In this document: in pieces, positions 51,729 through 63,770 of the stretch | Numbering within the stretch: the first letter of the stretch is position 1 | Layout: every line of letters starts with the position of its first letter | Source: an uncultured delta proteobacterium | Lineage (GTDB): Bacteria; Myxococcota_A; UBA9160; SMWR01 | NCBI GenBank assembly: GCA_963832165.1 | Contig: CAWHTE010000007.1 | Span: 1 to 64,000 of the forward strand | Length of the DNA: 64,000 nt | Direction: 5' to 3' | Program-made: the position numbers and the translations under genes | The notes under the pieces: generated by a model | What the model was told of the DNA's origin: nothing | The model's input: only the letters and a program-made list of their open reading frames with translations | Database searches by the model: none

Positions 51729-53834
51729 ATGCGGCTGCGCGCTCTCGTTCGGGAGTGGGTCGCGCTGCTGTTCGTGGCGGCGTTGTGCGCCGCGTGCGGC
51801 GACTACGGCGGCGGCTCGAGCAACGAGAATGCGTCGACGCCCAGCAACGGGTTCCTCGATCTCTCGGCGTCCGCGGGTGGCATCGCGGCATTCCAGTCCA
51901 CCGTGTACCCGATCGTGCGCCAGTACTGCGCCACCTGTCACGCGGGCAGCGGCCCGGGCTCGCCGCACATCGCGCACTCTGACGTCGCGACGGCCTATCG
52001 GGCGATCACGGGCCAGGGCAAGGTGAACCTCGGCAGCCCCGCGTCGTCGCGGATCGTGGTGAAGGTCTCGGCGCTCGCGCACAACTGCTGGAGCAACTGC
52101 GCCGACGACGGCGCGGCGCTGGCCGTGGCGATCCAGGCCTGGGCCGACGCGGTGAACTACGGCGACGGCGGCGTGACCGTGGATGGAGCGCTCGCGAGCC
52201 GTTCGCAGTCGCTTGCCGACGGCATCATCGACACCGGAGGCGAGCGCTATACGGGCAACCTGGTCGCGCTCTACGAGTTCAAGGAAGGGAGCGGCAGCGT
52301 CGCGCACGATACGAGCGGAAACATGCCGCCGATCGACCTGACACTGCGCGATCAGGTCGACTGGATGACGTCGTGGGGCGTCGACTTCGAGGCGGGAACG
52401 CTGATCGCGACGGCCCAGGCGAGCCGGCGGATCTACGACCGGATCGCGGATCCGGAGGTCGGCACGCAGCAGTACACGGTCGAGGCCTGGATCACGCCCG
52501 ACAACATCGACCAGGGTGCCGATTCCGCGGCGCGCGTGGTGACCTACTCGGGCAACGGCAACAGCTTCATGCTCGCCCAGTCCGAGTACAGATATCAGGC
52601 GCGCACGCGTTCGATCTCGACCGGGGCGCTCGACGGCGGCTTCAACGGTCTGCCGGCGCTGAATACCTCCGACGCGGACCGCGACGCACAGGACCGGCTC
52701 CAGCACGTCGTGGTGGTCTACGACCAGTTCCGCGGGCGCCGGATCTACGTGGACGGCCACTGGACCGGAGACGTCGACCCGATCGCGCCGGGACGCCTCT
52801 GGAACTGGGACCCCATGCAGCGGCTCGCGCTCGGCGCGGAGCCCGGCAACAGCGGGATGTGGAAGGGGCAGATCCGGCTGGTCGCGATCTACGCGCAGGC
52901 GCTCACCGAATCGGAGATCCAGCAGAACTTCGAGGCCGGAGTCGGCGAGCGGCGCCTGCTGCGCTTCGACGTGGCAGAGTGGATGGGCGAGGGCAATGCG
53001 GTCGAGTTCACGGTCACCGACTTCGACCCCTACAGCTATCAGTTCTGCCAGCCGACACTGCGCAGCCCGGAACCGAACGGCTCCCGGATCGCGAACATCC
53101 AGATCGCGGTGAATGGCGAGATCGCGCCGAGCGGGCAGGGCTTCGAGACGATCGACACCACCGCCGCGGCCACCAAGCAGGAGCTGTCGCGCCAGTGCAC
53201 GATCATTCCAAAGGGCGCGAACGGTCCCGACGGCGACCAGTTCACGCTCGTCTTCGATCACCTCGGCGGATACCAGAACGTCGTCGTCGAAGACGACGTG
53301 CCGCTGGCGCCGATCCCGCTCGATCCGACGCCCTTGCCCGTAAACGGCATCCGCGACTTCCTGCGCATCAACGCGTCGTTCGCTTCGCTGACCGGGCAGA
53401 GCCGCAGCATCGCGGCGGGCACCTTCGCCGAGATCGAGCAGCAGCTGCCGTCGGGTCACGACGTGCGCTCGTTCGTGTCGTCTCAGCAGGTCGCGATCTC
53501 GAAGCTCGCGCTCGACTACTGCTCCGCGCTGATCGACGGTCCGGGCCGCGACGCGTTCTTCCCGGGCTTCGATTTCACGGCGCCGCCGACCACGGCGTTC
53601 GCGACCCCCGCGCAGCGCGACCTGATCTTCGATCCGCTGTTCGACCGGATGGTCGGTGACGCGCTGGCCATGCAGCCGTCGCGCGAACAGGTGCTGGCCG
53701 AGCTCGACGCGATGACCGATCGCCTGCTCGTGGCGTGCGCGACGCCGGGCGCTTGCACCGCGCAGCGCACCAACGCAATCGTCAAGGGCGCGTGCGCTGC
53801 CGTACTCAGCAGCGCAGCCGTGACGCTGCACTGA
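51729..53834 (+). CDS. Lipoprotein with cytochrome c motif and LamG-like domain
   Basis: Lipobox CAAC; CATCH; TVEAWI...QHVVVVYD...IYVDG...VAIYAQALTESEI. Confidence 0.82.
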   Translation: MRLRALVREWVALLFVAALCAACGDYGGGSSNENASTPSNGFLDLSASAGGIAAFQSTVYPIVRQYCATCHAGSGPGSPHIAHSDVATAYRAITGQGKVNLGSPASSRIVVKVSALAHNCWSNCADDGAALAVAIQAWADAVNYGDGGVTVDGALASRSQSLADGIIDTGGERYTGNLVALYEFKEGSGSVAHDTSGNMPPIDLTLRDQVDWMTSWGVDFEAGTLIATAQASRRIYDRIADPEVGTQQYTVEAWITPDNIDQGADSAARVVTYSGNGNSFMLAQSEYRYQARTRSISTGALDGGFNGLPALNTSDADRDAQDRLQHVVVVYDQFRGRRIYVDGHWTGDVDPIAPGRLWNWDPMQRLALGAEPGNSGMWKGQIRLVAIYAQALTESEIQQNFEAGVGERRLLRFDVAEWMGEGNAVEFTVTDFDPYSYQFCQPTLRSPEPNGSRIANIQIAVNGEIAPSGQGFETIDTTAAATKQELSRQCTIIPKGANGPDGDQFTLVFDHLGGYQNVVVEDDVPLAPIPLDPTPLPVNGIRDFLRINASFASLTGQSRSIAAGTFAEIEQQLPSGHDVRSFVSSQQVAISKLALDYCSALIDGPGRDAFFPGFDFTAPPTTAFATPAQRDLIFDPLFDRMVGDALAMQPSREQVLAELDAMTDRLLVACATPGACTAQRTNAIVKGACAAVLSSAAVTLH

Positions 53835-53863
53835 ACGCGCGGAGCAGGCAGGAGAACGAAGCG

Positions 53864-55366
53864 ATGTCGAAGCGATACGGCGAAGGGCAGCTGGCCCCGT
53901 TCCGCCACGCGAATCACCCGCGGCCGGTGACGCGGCGCCAGTTCCTCGCCCAGGGCTTCATCACGGGCGCGGCCTGGATCGCCGCACCGAGTCTTCTGGG
54001 TTTGTTCAAGAGCAGCGAGGCGCGCGCGCAGGCGGTGGTGTCGTGCGGCCTCGGAGCGGCAGGCAACAAGATCCCGTTCCTGGTCTTCGACCTCGCCGGC
54101 GGTGCCAGCATCGCGGGCTCGAACGTGCTGGTCGGTACGCAGACGCAGCTCGACCCGCTCTCGCCCGAGGGCTACACGAAGGTCGGCCTGCCCGCGGGCC
54201 GCACGCCGGTCGATCCGCTGTTCGTCGACACCTCGCTCGGACTCGCCTTCCACAGCGAGAGCGCGCTCCTGCGCGGGATCCGGCGGCGCGCCACCCAGAC
54301 CACGCTCGACCGCACGAACGGCGCGGTGTTCTGCGCGCGCTCCGACAACGACACCGACAACAACCCGCACAATCCGGTGTATGGCATCCGCGCCGCGGGC
54401 GCCGAGGGCGGACTGCTCGCGCTCGTGGGCACCGAGGCGAGCGACTCGGGCGGCAACTCGGCGATGCCGATGTCGATGTTCGACCCCACGGTGCGCCCGA
54501 CCAAGGTCGCGTCGCCGGGCGAGGCGCGCGGTCTCGTCGACACGGGTCAGCTCGTGTCGCTGCTGGGGAACTCAGCCGACGCCGCGGCCGTGATGGCGGC
54601 AGCGGAGGCGATCAGCGGCAGCAAGGTGACGAAGCTCCCCGAGACCGACCTCGTGAAGGCGCTGATCAACTGCTCCTACCAGGAGACCACGGAGCTCGTC
54701 GAGCGGTTCGGCGATCCGAACCAGCTCGACCCGACGTTCGACCCGCGGCTCACCGCGATCATCAGCCAGGCGGAGCTCACGCAGAGCGAGTTTCGCAAGA
54801 CCGCGTCGATCATGAAGCTCGTGCTCGGCGGGTTCGCGGGCGCGGGGACGATCGAGCTGGGCGGCTACGACTATCACGACGGCACGCGCGCCACGGGCGA
54901 GCGCAAGGACGAGATCGCGGGTCAGGCGGTCGGCGCAGCGCTCGAGTACGCCGCGGCGGTCGGCCGGCCGCTCGTGATCTATCTCGTGAGCGACGGCTCG
55001 CTGTCGAGCGACGGAGTGGTCGACAACTCGGTCGATGGCGCGGGCAAGCTGGCGTGGCGCGGCGACGACTCGGATACGTCCTCGACCGTGATGCTGGTGT
55101 TCGATCCGGACGGACGTCCCGGCCTCACCGCTCCGGGAAAGAATCAGATCGGGCGCTATCGCGCCTCGGGCTCGGTGGAGACGAACACGTCGCCGATCGC
55201 GGACAACGTCCCGGCGCTGGCCGAGGCCATCGTGCTCAACTATCTCGCCCTGCACGGCGAGATCGGGCGATTCACGACCGTGCTGCCCGGCGCGACCCTC
55301 GGCGGCAGCGCCGCGGTGCTGGACGCGCTCACCGCGTTCGCGCCACTGCGACGCTTCGGCGGGTAG
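53864..55366 (+). CDS. Tat-exported uncharacterised protein (DUF1501-like)
   Basis: TRRQFLAQG twin-arginine signal; DLAGGA, GGYDYHDG; AGGAG RBS. Confidence 0.75.
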   Translation: MSKRYGEGQLAPFRHANHPRPVTRRQFLAQGFITGAAWIAAPSLLGLFKSSEARAQAVVSCGLGAAGNKIPFLVFDLAGGASIAGSNVLVGTQTQLDPLSPEGYTKVGLPAGRTPVDPLFVDTSLGLAFHSESALLRGIRRRATQTTLDRTNGAVFCARSDNDTDNNPHNPVYGIRAAGAEGGLLALVGTEASDSGGNSAMPMSMFDPTVRPTKVASPGEARGLVDTGQLVSLLGNSADAAAVMAAAEAISGSKVTKLPETDLVKALINCSYQETTELVERFGDPNQLDPTFDPRLTAIISQAELTQSEFRKTASIMKLVLGGFAGAGTIELGGYDYHDGTRATGERKDEIAGQAVGAALEYAAAVGRPLVIYLVSDGSLSSDGVVDNSVDGAGKLAWRGDDSDTSSTVMLVFDPDGRPGLTAPGKNQIGRYRASGSVETNTSPIADNVPALAEAIVLNYLALHGEIGRFTTVLPGATLGGSAAVLDALTAFAPLRRFGG

Positions 55367-55507
55367 CCCGAATCGTTCGCGCTGGGTCGCGGCGCGGACG
55401 AGCAGCGCGATGCGGGCGGGTGTGCCAAGCTGGGCGCCCGCGGCGAGGCGGGGCATTCCCTCCGAGGGAGCGGGATCCCCAACAACTTCGCTAGCTTTCG
55501 CTTCTCA

Positions 55508-55584
55508 GCGCCCATAGCTCAGTTGGATAGAGCGTCAGGTTGCGGACCTGAAGGTCGCATGTTCGAGTCATGCTGGGCGCGCCA
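55508..55584 (+). tRNA. tRNA-Arg, anticodon GCG
   Basis: Acceptor GCGCCCA/TGGGCGC; D-loop with A20; anticodon arm TCAGG-TTGCGGA-CCTGA; T-arm GCATG-TTCGAGT-CATGC; encoded CCA. Confidence 0.95.
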
Positions 55585-55647
55585 CCCATCTCCGCTCCAA
55601 CGCGGGCACGCGGGCGGTCGGCTTCGTCGCTGACCGCCCGCGTTCGT

Positions 55648-55926
55648 CTAGGAAGCCGCGGGGGTGCTCGGACCCCGGCGGTTCTTGTGCACGATCGCGC
55701 CCAGGATCAACAGGAACGCCAGCCCGCGTACCACGTAGATCGACGGCTTCGCCTCGGCGGGGTTCTCCGCGAACAGCTGCAGCGCGCGGTTGACCCCTTC
55801 GATTGCGAAGGCCGCCGCGAACGCCATGAACAGCACGTCGCGGGTCTGCTTCCAGAACTTGAGGAAGAACAGGCTCGCGGTCAGCGACGCCGTCACGATC
55901 ACGCCGAGCAGGAAGCCCTCGATCAT
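55648..55926 (-). CDS. DUF5985-like three-TM protein
   Basis: FFLKFWKQTRDVLF, YVVRGLAFLLILGAIVHKNR. Confidence 0.8.
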   Translation of the reverse strand: MIEGFLLGVIVTASLTASLFFLKFWKQTRDVLFMAFAAAFAIEGVNRALQLFAENPAEAKPSIYVVRGLAFLLILGAIVHKNRRGPSTPAAS

Positions 55927-56186
55927 GATTTGTCGCTCTCCCACACCAGACCGAAGAGCAGCAGGACCATCGCGAGCGCGCCGACGCCGAGGCGCCACAG
56001 GTAGAGATCGACGTCGGGCACCACCACGATATCCACGAACACCAGTGCGTTGGCGATCGTGAGCCCCGCGAAACAGATCGCGCTCCACAACAGCAGTCGG
56101 AGCCTGACGCGCGTGTAGGCGCGCAGCAGCAGGAACGTGCACAAGAGCGTGACGATCGTGCCGACGATGTAGACGATCGGCGCCAG
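55923..56186 (-). CDS. DUF5985-like three-TM protein
   Basis: LLLRAY...LLLWSAICFAGL; the apparent start reads CTG (possible error). Confidence 0.78.
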   Translation of the reverse strand: MAPIVYIVGTIVTLLCTFLLLRAYTRVRLRLLLWSAICFAGLTIANALVFVDIVVVPDVDLYLWRLGVGALAMVLLLFGLVWESDKS

Positions 56187-56189
56187 TGT

Positions 56190-56570
56190 TCAGTCCTTCT
56201 TGATCGAGAACGCGCGCGCGAACTCGCGCACGGCGGCCGACGGCTTCGAATGGATCGAGTGCGCGACGAGGATCAGATTCTTGCGATACACCCCCGCCAC
56301 TCGGCTCATCAGACCACTGCGCTCGTCCCACGCCGGGTCATAGGAAAAACCCTCGCCGTTCATGCTGACGAGTCCTCGACTCGCCAGATCGCGAAGGATC
56401 TGGTCCGCGGTGTCCGGCGCCACGTAGATGCGCGCGGCGATCCGGTCGGCGTCCCAGCGATCCGGCGCGCTCTCCCACAACAAGAGCAGCGCTTCCAGAT
56501 GCGGCACCGAATCGATCTGATCTTCGATGAACGCCAGAACATCCGCGGGCAGCACAGAAGAACGATCCAT
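56190..56570 (-). CDS. Small winged-helix-like hypothetical protein
   Basis: FIEDQIDSVPHLEALLLL...LRDLASRGLV...VREFARAFSI. Confidence 0.72.
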   Translation of the reverse strand: MDRSSVLPADVLAFIEDQIDSVPHLEALLLLWESAPDRWDADRIAARIYVAPDTADQILRDLASRGLVSMNGEGFSYDPAWDERSGLMSRVAGVYRKNLILVAHSIHSKPSAAVREFARAFSIKKD

Positions 56571-56913
56571 CGTCCAGCGCCCACTCCCCTCATCTCGCGA
56601 AAACGAACATAACCAAGCCGCGCGTGTGATGCCCATCACATTGCGAATTCGCGAGCTGTGGAAAACTGCGCGCGCCCGAGAGTTGGCGATGGCTGGAATG
56701 CAGTGGCCTTGATGCAGTTGGGTTGGCCACTCCGGGCCCTTCAGAAAGAGCGAACGTACCAGGCCGCCTCTGTCGGGTGTGAGCCTCGACCACGAGCGGG
56801 GGCTCCGTGGTCTTAGACGGAGGCGGCCTTGCTTCGCGCCCTTCGCGCGGCGTGCGGTCGCTGGATCTGGCGGGTTACGGCCATCGCCCCGATCCGCCCT
56901 ACGATCCGCGTTC

Positions 56914-57399
56914 ATGCGTGGTCTGTTGCACCTCGCGCTGCGCTTCGCCTATCGGCTCCAGCTCGCCTGGTGGTTCGTGCGGCGCCCCGTGCTCCACGGC
57001 CCGTACATCGCGGTGTGGCACGGCGAGCGCGTGCTCGTGATCCGGAACTCCTATCGGGAGCGGTTGTCGTTCCCGGCCGGCGGCCGCAGGCGCACCGAGA
57101 CGCTGCTCGATACCGCGCAGCGCGAGCTGCAAGAAGAGGTCGGGATCCGGGCCGAGGCGGATCAGCTCGCCTACTACGGCGAGATCGTGCAGACGATCAG
57201 CGGCGCACAGGACCACGCCCACTTCTTCGAGCTGCGCTGCAGCACGGCGCCCGAAGTGCGCGTCGATGGGCTCGAGGTGGTCTGGGCGGACTTCCTCACG
57301 CCCGACGAGGCACTCGCGCGTGGCGTGGTCGGCGTGGTGCGGCGATATCTGGAACAGCAAGTCGCGCGCAGCGAGCCGAAGGCGAGCGAAGTCCATTAG
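56914..57399 (+). CDS. NUDIX hydrolase
   Basis: PAGG...ETLLDTAQRELQEEVG. Confidence 0.85.
   Translation: MRGLLHLALRFAYRLQLAWWFVRRPVLHGPYIAVWHGERVLVIRNSYRERLSFPAGGRRRTETLLDTAQRELQEEVGIRAEADQLAYYGEIVQTISGAQDHAHFFELRCSTAPEVRVDGLEVVWADFLTPDEALARGVVGVVRRYLEQQVARSEPKASEVH
57366..57391 (+). repeat. 26-bp REP-like repeat, copy 1
   Basis: GCGCAGCGAGCCGAAGGCGAGCGAAG; related copies at 58651 and 61405. Confidence 0.65.
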
Positions 57400-57419
57400 G
57401 CGGGCCGAGCGAAGACCAT

Positions 57420-58626
57420 CAGGCTCTGCGCGCGCCGACGCCACCGCCGCCTCGAACGATGCCCCCTCGCGCATCATCCGCCGGTAGCCCATCAGCTGGC
57501 GCACGCGGTTGACCGCGAGCGCACCGCGGAGCACGCCCTTGCGGCCGAACAGCGCAACGAAGCGCCGCTCGGCAAGCGAGCCGTGCGCGACGAATACCTC
57601 GTCGTCGGGCGCGATCCGGCCCGCGGCCTGGATCTTCAGGTCGTACTGATCGGACCACACGAACGGAATCGGCGCGAACGGCGCGGTACCGGGCCCGTCG
57701 AGCAGACGCGCCGCCGCCGCGTCCGCCTGCTCCACCGCGTTGGTCCAGTGCTCGATCCGCAGCGACTCGCGGTAGCCCTCGTGGTACCAGCGCGCCACGT
57801 CGCCGGCCGCGACTACGCCGGGTGCGCGCGTGGCGCACGTGGCGTCGCATACCACACCGTCGGCGAGCTCGAGCCCGGAGCCCGCGAGCCAGTCGGTCGC
57901 GGGCGTGGCGCCGATGCCCACGACGACGACATCGGCGGAGATCTCGCTGCCGTCGGACAGGCGCACGCGCTCGACGCGCTCGCCGCCGATCACGGCCTCG
58001 ACACCCACGCCGAGCCGCAGGTCGACGCCGTGATCGCGGTGCACGTTCGCACACACGGCGCCGATCTCGGGCGCGAGCACGCGCGCCATCGGCGATGCGA
58101 GCGGCTCCACCATCGTCACCTCGATCCCGCGCCGGCGGCAGGTCGCTGCCACCTCGGCGCCGATGAAGCCAGCGCCCACCACCACCACGCGCGGCCCGCG
58201 CGCGAGGTGCGCGCGCAGCGCGAGCGCGTCATCGATCGTGCGCAGCGTGAAGAGTCCCGCGAGCGCGGGTGCGCCCGGCAGCGGCCGCGCAACCGCACCG
58301 GTCGCGATCACGAGGCCGTCGTACGCGATCACTTCGCCGCCTTCGAGCGTCAGGCGCCGTGCCTCCGCGTCGAGGGACTGCGCGCGCACGCCGAGCCGCA
58401 GGTCGAGCTCGAGCGCGTCGAACGCCTCCGGCTTATTGAGGCGGATCTGATCCAGCTCGCGATCTCCGCGCAACAGCTCCTTCGAGAGCGGGGGGCGGTC
58501 GTAGGGGCGCTCGCGCTCGGCGCCCACGAGCACGAGCCGGCCCGCGTAGCCGCGGCGACGCAGCGCCTCCGCGCAGCGGATCCCGGCGAGCGAGCCGCCG
58601 GCGATGACGATGGTCTCGAGGGACAG
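57420..58626 (-). CDS. FAD-dependent ferredoxin reductase-like oxidoreductase
   Basis: IAGGSLAG, YDRPPLSK, GAGFIGAE, AAGDVA, EHW, WSDQY. Both ends approximate: start reads CTG after GGAG, and no in-frame stop at the expected end. Confidence 0.88.
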
Positions 58627-58650
58627 GGGGGATCTCCGAACGCAAGTTTC

Positions 58651-58676
58651 GCGCAGCAAGCCGAAGGCGAGCGAAG
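58651..58676 (+). repeat. 26-bp REP-like repeat, copy 2
   Basis: GCGCAGCAAGCCGAAGGCGAGCGAAG. Confidence 0.65.
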
Positions 58677-58720
58677 ACCAGCGAGCGCGCACGATAGCGC
58701 TCCTGCCCGGCGCGCTCGGG

Positions 58721-58840
58721 TGCAACAAGACGACTGCAGCCAAGCGCTGCCAGGTGCAGTGCGCGTGCTGCACTTCCGGTGGCTGCCCGGCTGCAACTCG
58801 TTGATTTTCCTAGGGGTGAAGACCGGGCACGCGGCTTGCT
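58721..58840 (+). promoter_or_regulatory. Sigma54 promoter with IHF site and two enhancer-like palindromes
   Basis: GGCAC-N5-TTGC at 58826-58839; IHF consensus AATCAAcgagTTG on minus strand 58794-58806; TGCA-N10-TGCA at 58721 and 58755. Confidence 0.75.
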
Positions 58841-58913
58841 CTCCGGGTTCCCCATGATGCGCTTGGGATTCCCGTTCTCGCCCGCTCATACTGAATGGCA
58901 CTGCGGAGGACCC

Positions 58914-59984
58914 GTGAAGCGCGATTCGTGGGACGACGCGGACGACGGCGATGAATCACGCGACGCACGCCGGCGGCGACGCCGGCGCCGCCGCCACGGA
59001 CGGCCGCTGTCGGACGAGGAGCGCGCGTGGCGCCATGCGAAGCAGCGCGCGCAGGCGCGGATCGGCTTCTACACCCACCTGCTGACCTACGCGGTCGTGT
59101 GCACCTTCCTGCTCGCATCGACGCGCGGCCGAGCGGGCCTCGGCGTGGCGTTCTTCTGGGGCATCGGCATTGCGTTCCACTTCGTGAGCGCCGTGGTCGG
59201 GCCCGACCTGCGCCGGCGCATGATCGAGCGCGAGGTGGAGCGGCAGGTGCAGCGAAAGGTCGCCACGGGCGTCTCGCGCGAGCGCCACGCGCTCTCCGAT
59301 CAGCACGCGCGCTCGCTCGAGGATCTCTCGGCACAGGTCGCGCACGAGATCCGCAACCCGATCACCGCGGCGAAGAGTCTCGTGCAGCAGATGGGCGAGG
59401 ATCCGACGTCGGGCGAGAACGTCGGCTATGCGAAGGTGGCGCTCGAAGAGCTCGACCGCGTCGAGCGCTCGGTCGCGCACCTGCTGCGCTACGCGCGCGA
59501 GGAGGACATGCGCCTCGCCGACGTATCGATCGGCTCGGTGGTCGACTCCGCGCTCGAGACGCTGCGCGAGCGGATCGACGCGCAGCGCGTACGCCTCGTG
59601 CGCGAGAACGGACGCGACGGCGTCGTGCGCGCAGACGCCGAGAAGCTGCGGCGCGTGGTGATCAACCTCGTGAGCAATGCGCTCGACGCGCTCGCGGAAG
59701 CGCTCCGACGGCCATCCGATCCTCGAGGTGCTCGCGGGCGAGAATCTCGCGGGCACCGAGGTCTGGCTGCGCGTGCGCGACAACGGTCCCGGCATCGACG
59801 CGCGCGCGCTCGCGCAGATCTGGAGCCCGTTCTACAGCTCGAAGGAATCCGGCACGGGCCTCGGGCTCGCGATCGCGAAGAAGGTGGTCGAGGCGCACGG
59901 CGGCACGATCGAGGCAAGTTCGCAGCCGGGCGCGGGCGCCGAGTTCACGATTTCGCTCCCGAAGCCGCACGCGGACGACCGCTC

Positions 59985-59988
<4 letters not shown>
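58914..59988 (+). CDS. Two-TM sensor histidine kinase (frameshift near 59700)
   Basis: GGAGG RBS with GTG; two TM helices; [20 protein letters not shown] and GTGLGL in the next frame. Confidence 0.88.
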
Positions 59989-61455
<1,467 letters not shown>

Positions 61456-61490
61456 GCGAGCGCGAAGGCCCGGCAAGACTGGAGGAAACG

Positions 61491-62210
61491 ATGAACCCCA
61501 CGATCGATCGACCCCACGGCGTCCTCGCGCGATTCATGCACCTCGTGCGCGTCGCGTGCAACGGCTGGCTGCGGCGCAGCGAGCGCCGCAATCCGGCTGC
61601 CGTGTACGAGCAGGCGATCGAGGACCGCGCGCGGCAGTACCGCGAGCTCAAGGAGGCGGTCGCCGGGATCCTCTACATGCGCAACAAGCTCGAGGCCGAG
61701 ATCCACGAGCGGCGCATCGAGGTGGCGCGCGTCGAGGAGGATGTGCGCGGTGCGGTCGGCCGCGGACAGGACGACCTCTCGCTCACGCTGATCGAGCACA
61801 AGCAGCGCCTGGCCGAGGACCTCGAGCGCACCGAGCGCGAGCTCGAGACGGTGCGCCGCGAGGCCGACGACGCGAAGAGCAATCTGCTGCGCTTCCGAGA
61901 AGAGCTGCGCAGCCTCGCACGCGAGAAGGGGCGCATGCTCGCGACGCTCGCCAACGCGGTCGCGCGGCGGCGTCTGTCCGAGGCGCTCGAGGGCTTGTCG
62001 GTGGAGGCCGACGTGCGTGCGCTCGACGGAGTGCGCGAGCAGATCGCGCGGATCGCCACCGAAGGTCAGCTCGACCGCGAGCTCGCGGGTGCGGACGACG
62101 GCATGCGCGTACGCCTGCGCGCGATCCGCGAGGACGCGCGTCGCGACGCAGCTCGCCGCGAGCTCGAGGAGCGCAAGCGCCGCCCGGCGCCGCACGCGCT
62201 CCTCTCCTGA
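61491..62210 (+). CDS. PspA/IM30 (ESCRT-III-like) family protein
   Basis: GGAGG RBS; ERRNPAAVYEQAIED, GQDDL, long coiled coil, ELEERK tail. Confidence 0.8.
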   Translation: MNPTIDRPHGVLARFMHLVRVACNGWLRRSERRNPAAVYEQAIEDRARQYRELKEAVAGILYMRNKLEAEIHERRIEVARVEEDVRGAVGRGQDDLSLTLIEHKQRLAEDLERTERELETVRREADDAKSNLLRFREELRSLAREKGRMLATLANAVARRRLSEALEGLSVEADVRALDGVREQIARIATEGQLDRELAGADDGMRVRLRAIREDARRDAARRELEERKRRPAPHALLS

Positions 62211-62320
62211 GCGCGATCGCCATCGCCGCGAGCAGGAGCCGCCACCGGATCACGCGTGGCAGTCTACTGGACGCTACGCGCGCGATCGATCGGGCCGCGG
62301 CCGTCCGCGGTGCTGGCGAG

Positions 62321-63160
62321 CTACTCGCGCGCGCGGCGTCGTAGAAGCGCGAGCGCGACCAGGCCGAGCCCGAGCAGCGCACCGGGTCCGGGCTCGGGCA
62401 CGGTGGCGCTGATGATCGTCGCGCTGACGTTTACGAAGTGGCCGTCGCCGCTCGGGGAACCCGGGTAGTCGTCCGCCGTCACGTTCGTGAGGCTGCCGGC
62501 GATGCCCATCCGGATCGCGGCCTCGTCGTTGTTGCTGGTCGCGCTGCTGCCGGCCCAGGTGAACGCCAGCGTGAACGACTGCGAGAGCGCGCTGCTGACG
62601 ATCGAGTAGGTGGTGCCATCCTGGTTGATGGCCGTGGTGGTCGTCGCGCTGTTCGCGGTCGGGCCGACGGAAGGCAGCCCGAGCGTCGCGTTGGGGCTGC
62701 CGTCGACCGTGGCGGTCATCGCGCCGAGCGTCAGCGTGCTGTTGCCCGTGGTGTCGTCGACCCAGCTGAGCGAGCCGAGCCGCAGCGTATCGATGTCGAT
62801 CTGGTAGGTCGCGCCGGTCGGATTGGAGACCGTGAACGTGATCTGATAGGCCGCGGTCGCCGACTGCGTGATCTGGCTGCCGGGGTTCTCGCGATCGGCC
62901 GCGACCAGCCACGCGTATCGGGTCTGGACCGAGAGGCTCGAGCCGAGCGTATCCGCGACCGGGCCGCCCGAGTTGAGCGTGATGCTCGTCGAACTCGCGA
63001 CCTGCGTCTTCGTGACGTTGTCGTTGAACGAGTTCGCCGAGTTGGTGCCGGTGGTATTGATCGCGAGGCCCGTGATGTCGAGCGCGCTCGCAGAGGACGC
63101 GAGCAACAGCGCCGCAGCCAGACCGAAGCAACCGCGCGAGAGAATCCGAGATGCAACCAT
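62321..63160 (-). CDS. PEP-CTERM sorting-domain surface protein
   Basis: Signal peptide; Ser/Thr-rich body; VPEPGPGALLGLGLVALALLRRR. Confidence 0.9.
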   Translation of the reverse strand: MVASRILSRGCFGLAAALLLASSASALDITGLAINTTGTNSANSFNDNVTKTQVASSTSITLNSGGPVADTLGSSLSVQTRYAWLVAADRENPGSQITQSATAAYQITFTVSNPTGATYQIDIDTLRLGSLSWVDDTTGNSTLTLGAMTATVDGSPNATLGLPSVGPTANSATTTTAINQDGTTYSIVSSALSQSFTLAFTWAGSSATSNNDEAAIRMGIAGSLTNVTADDYPGSPSGDGHFVNVSATIISATVPEPGPGALLGLGLVALALLRRRARE

Positions 63161-63233
63161 TTGAGCGTCCGCCTTAGGAAACCCAACGGCGGATCACCGG
63201 CAGCCCTTGAGAGAATTCTGAGGAAAATCGCCC

Positions 63234-63770
63234 CTATCGGGTCGGGGTCTTCGCGCCCTCCGGCCAGCAGCGGAACGAGGCGAAGAAACGCGCGAGATCG
63301 GGCTGGGAGGCCGGCGCCCGGGCCATCCCTGTCACCAGGTAGAGCCGGGTGTCCACGAGCACCGCGATCACGCGCTCCTCGAGCGCGGCCTTGCCGGGCA
63401 GCCGGTAGCGGAAATCCCGTGCGGGCTCGCCCCCAAACTCGATCGAGTTGCCTTCGATCAGCGTGCCGTCGACGTCGCGCAAGCAGACCCTCGCGCGCCT
63501 GATCGAGGATCATGTCATCGGTGAGCAGGGCCGAGGCCACCGTGGGGATGTCGTGCACCTCCACCGCGAGCAGCGAGTCCCGCACGCGCAGCCAGTACTT
63601 GGTCTGGTACACGTAGCCGACCGGGGTCAGGCGCTTGTCGCGCTCGATCGCGGGCTCGGCCGGCAGCGCGACCAGGAACCGCCCGCCGTCCGGCTCGAAT
63701 ACGGACCACTCCTCGGTCGCGCGCGCGGCCGGGCTCGCGAGCGCGACCAGCGCGAGCAGCGCGAGCTCAG
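63234..63770 (-). CDS. Secreted hypothetical protein (frameshift near 63481; start unclear)
   Basis: WSVFEPDGGRFLVALPAEP... continuing as GGEPARDF...RLYLV...RFFASFR. Confidence 0.6.

Noticed and set aside
55508..56900. tRNA as attachment site of an integrated element
   Set aside because: No integrase and no duplicated tRNA 3' end found in the window.
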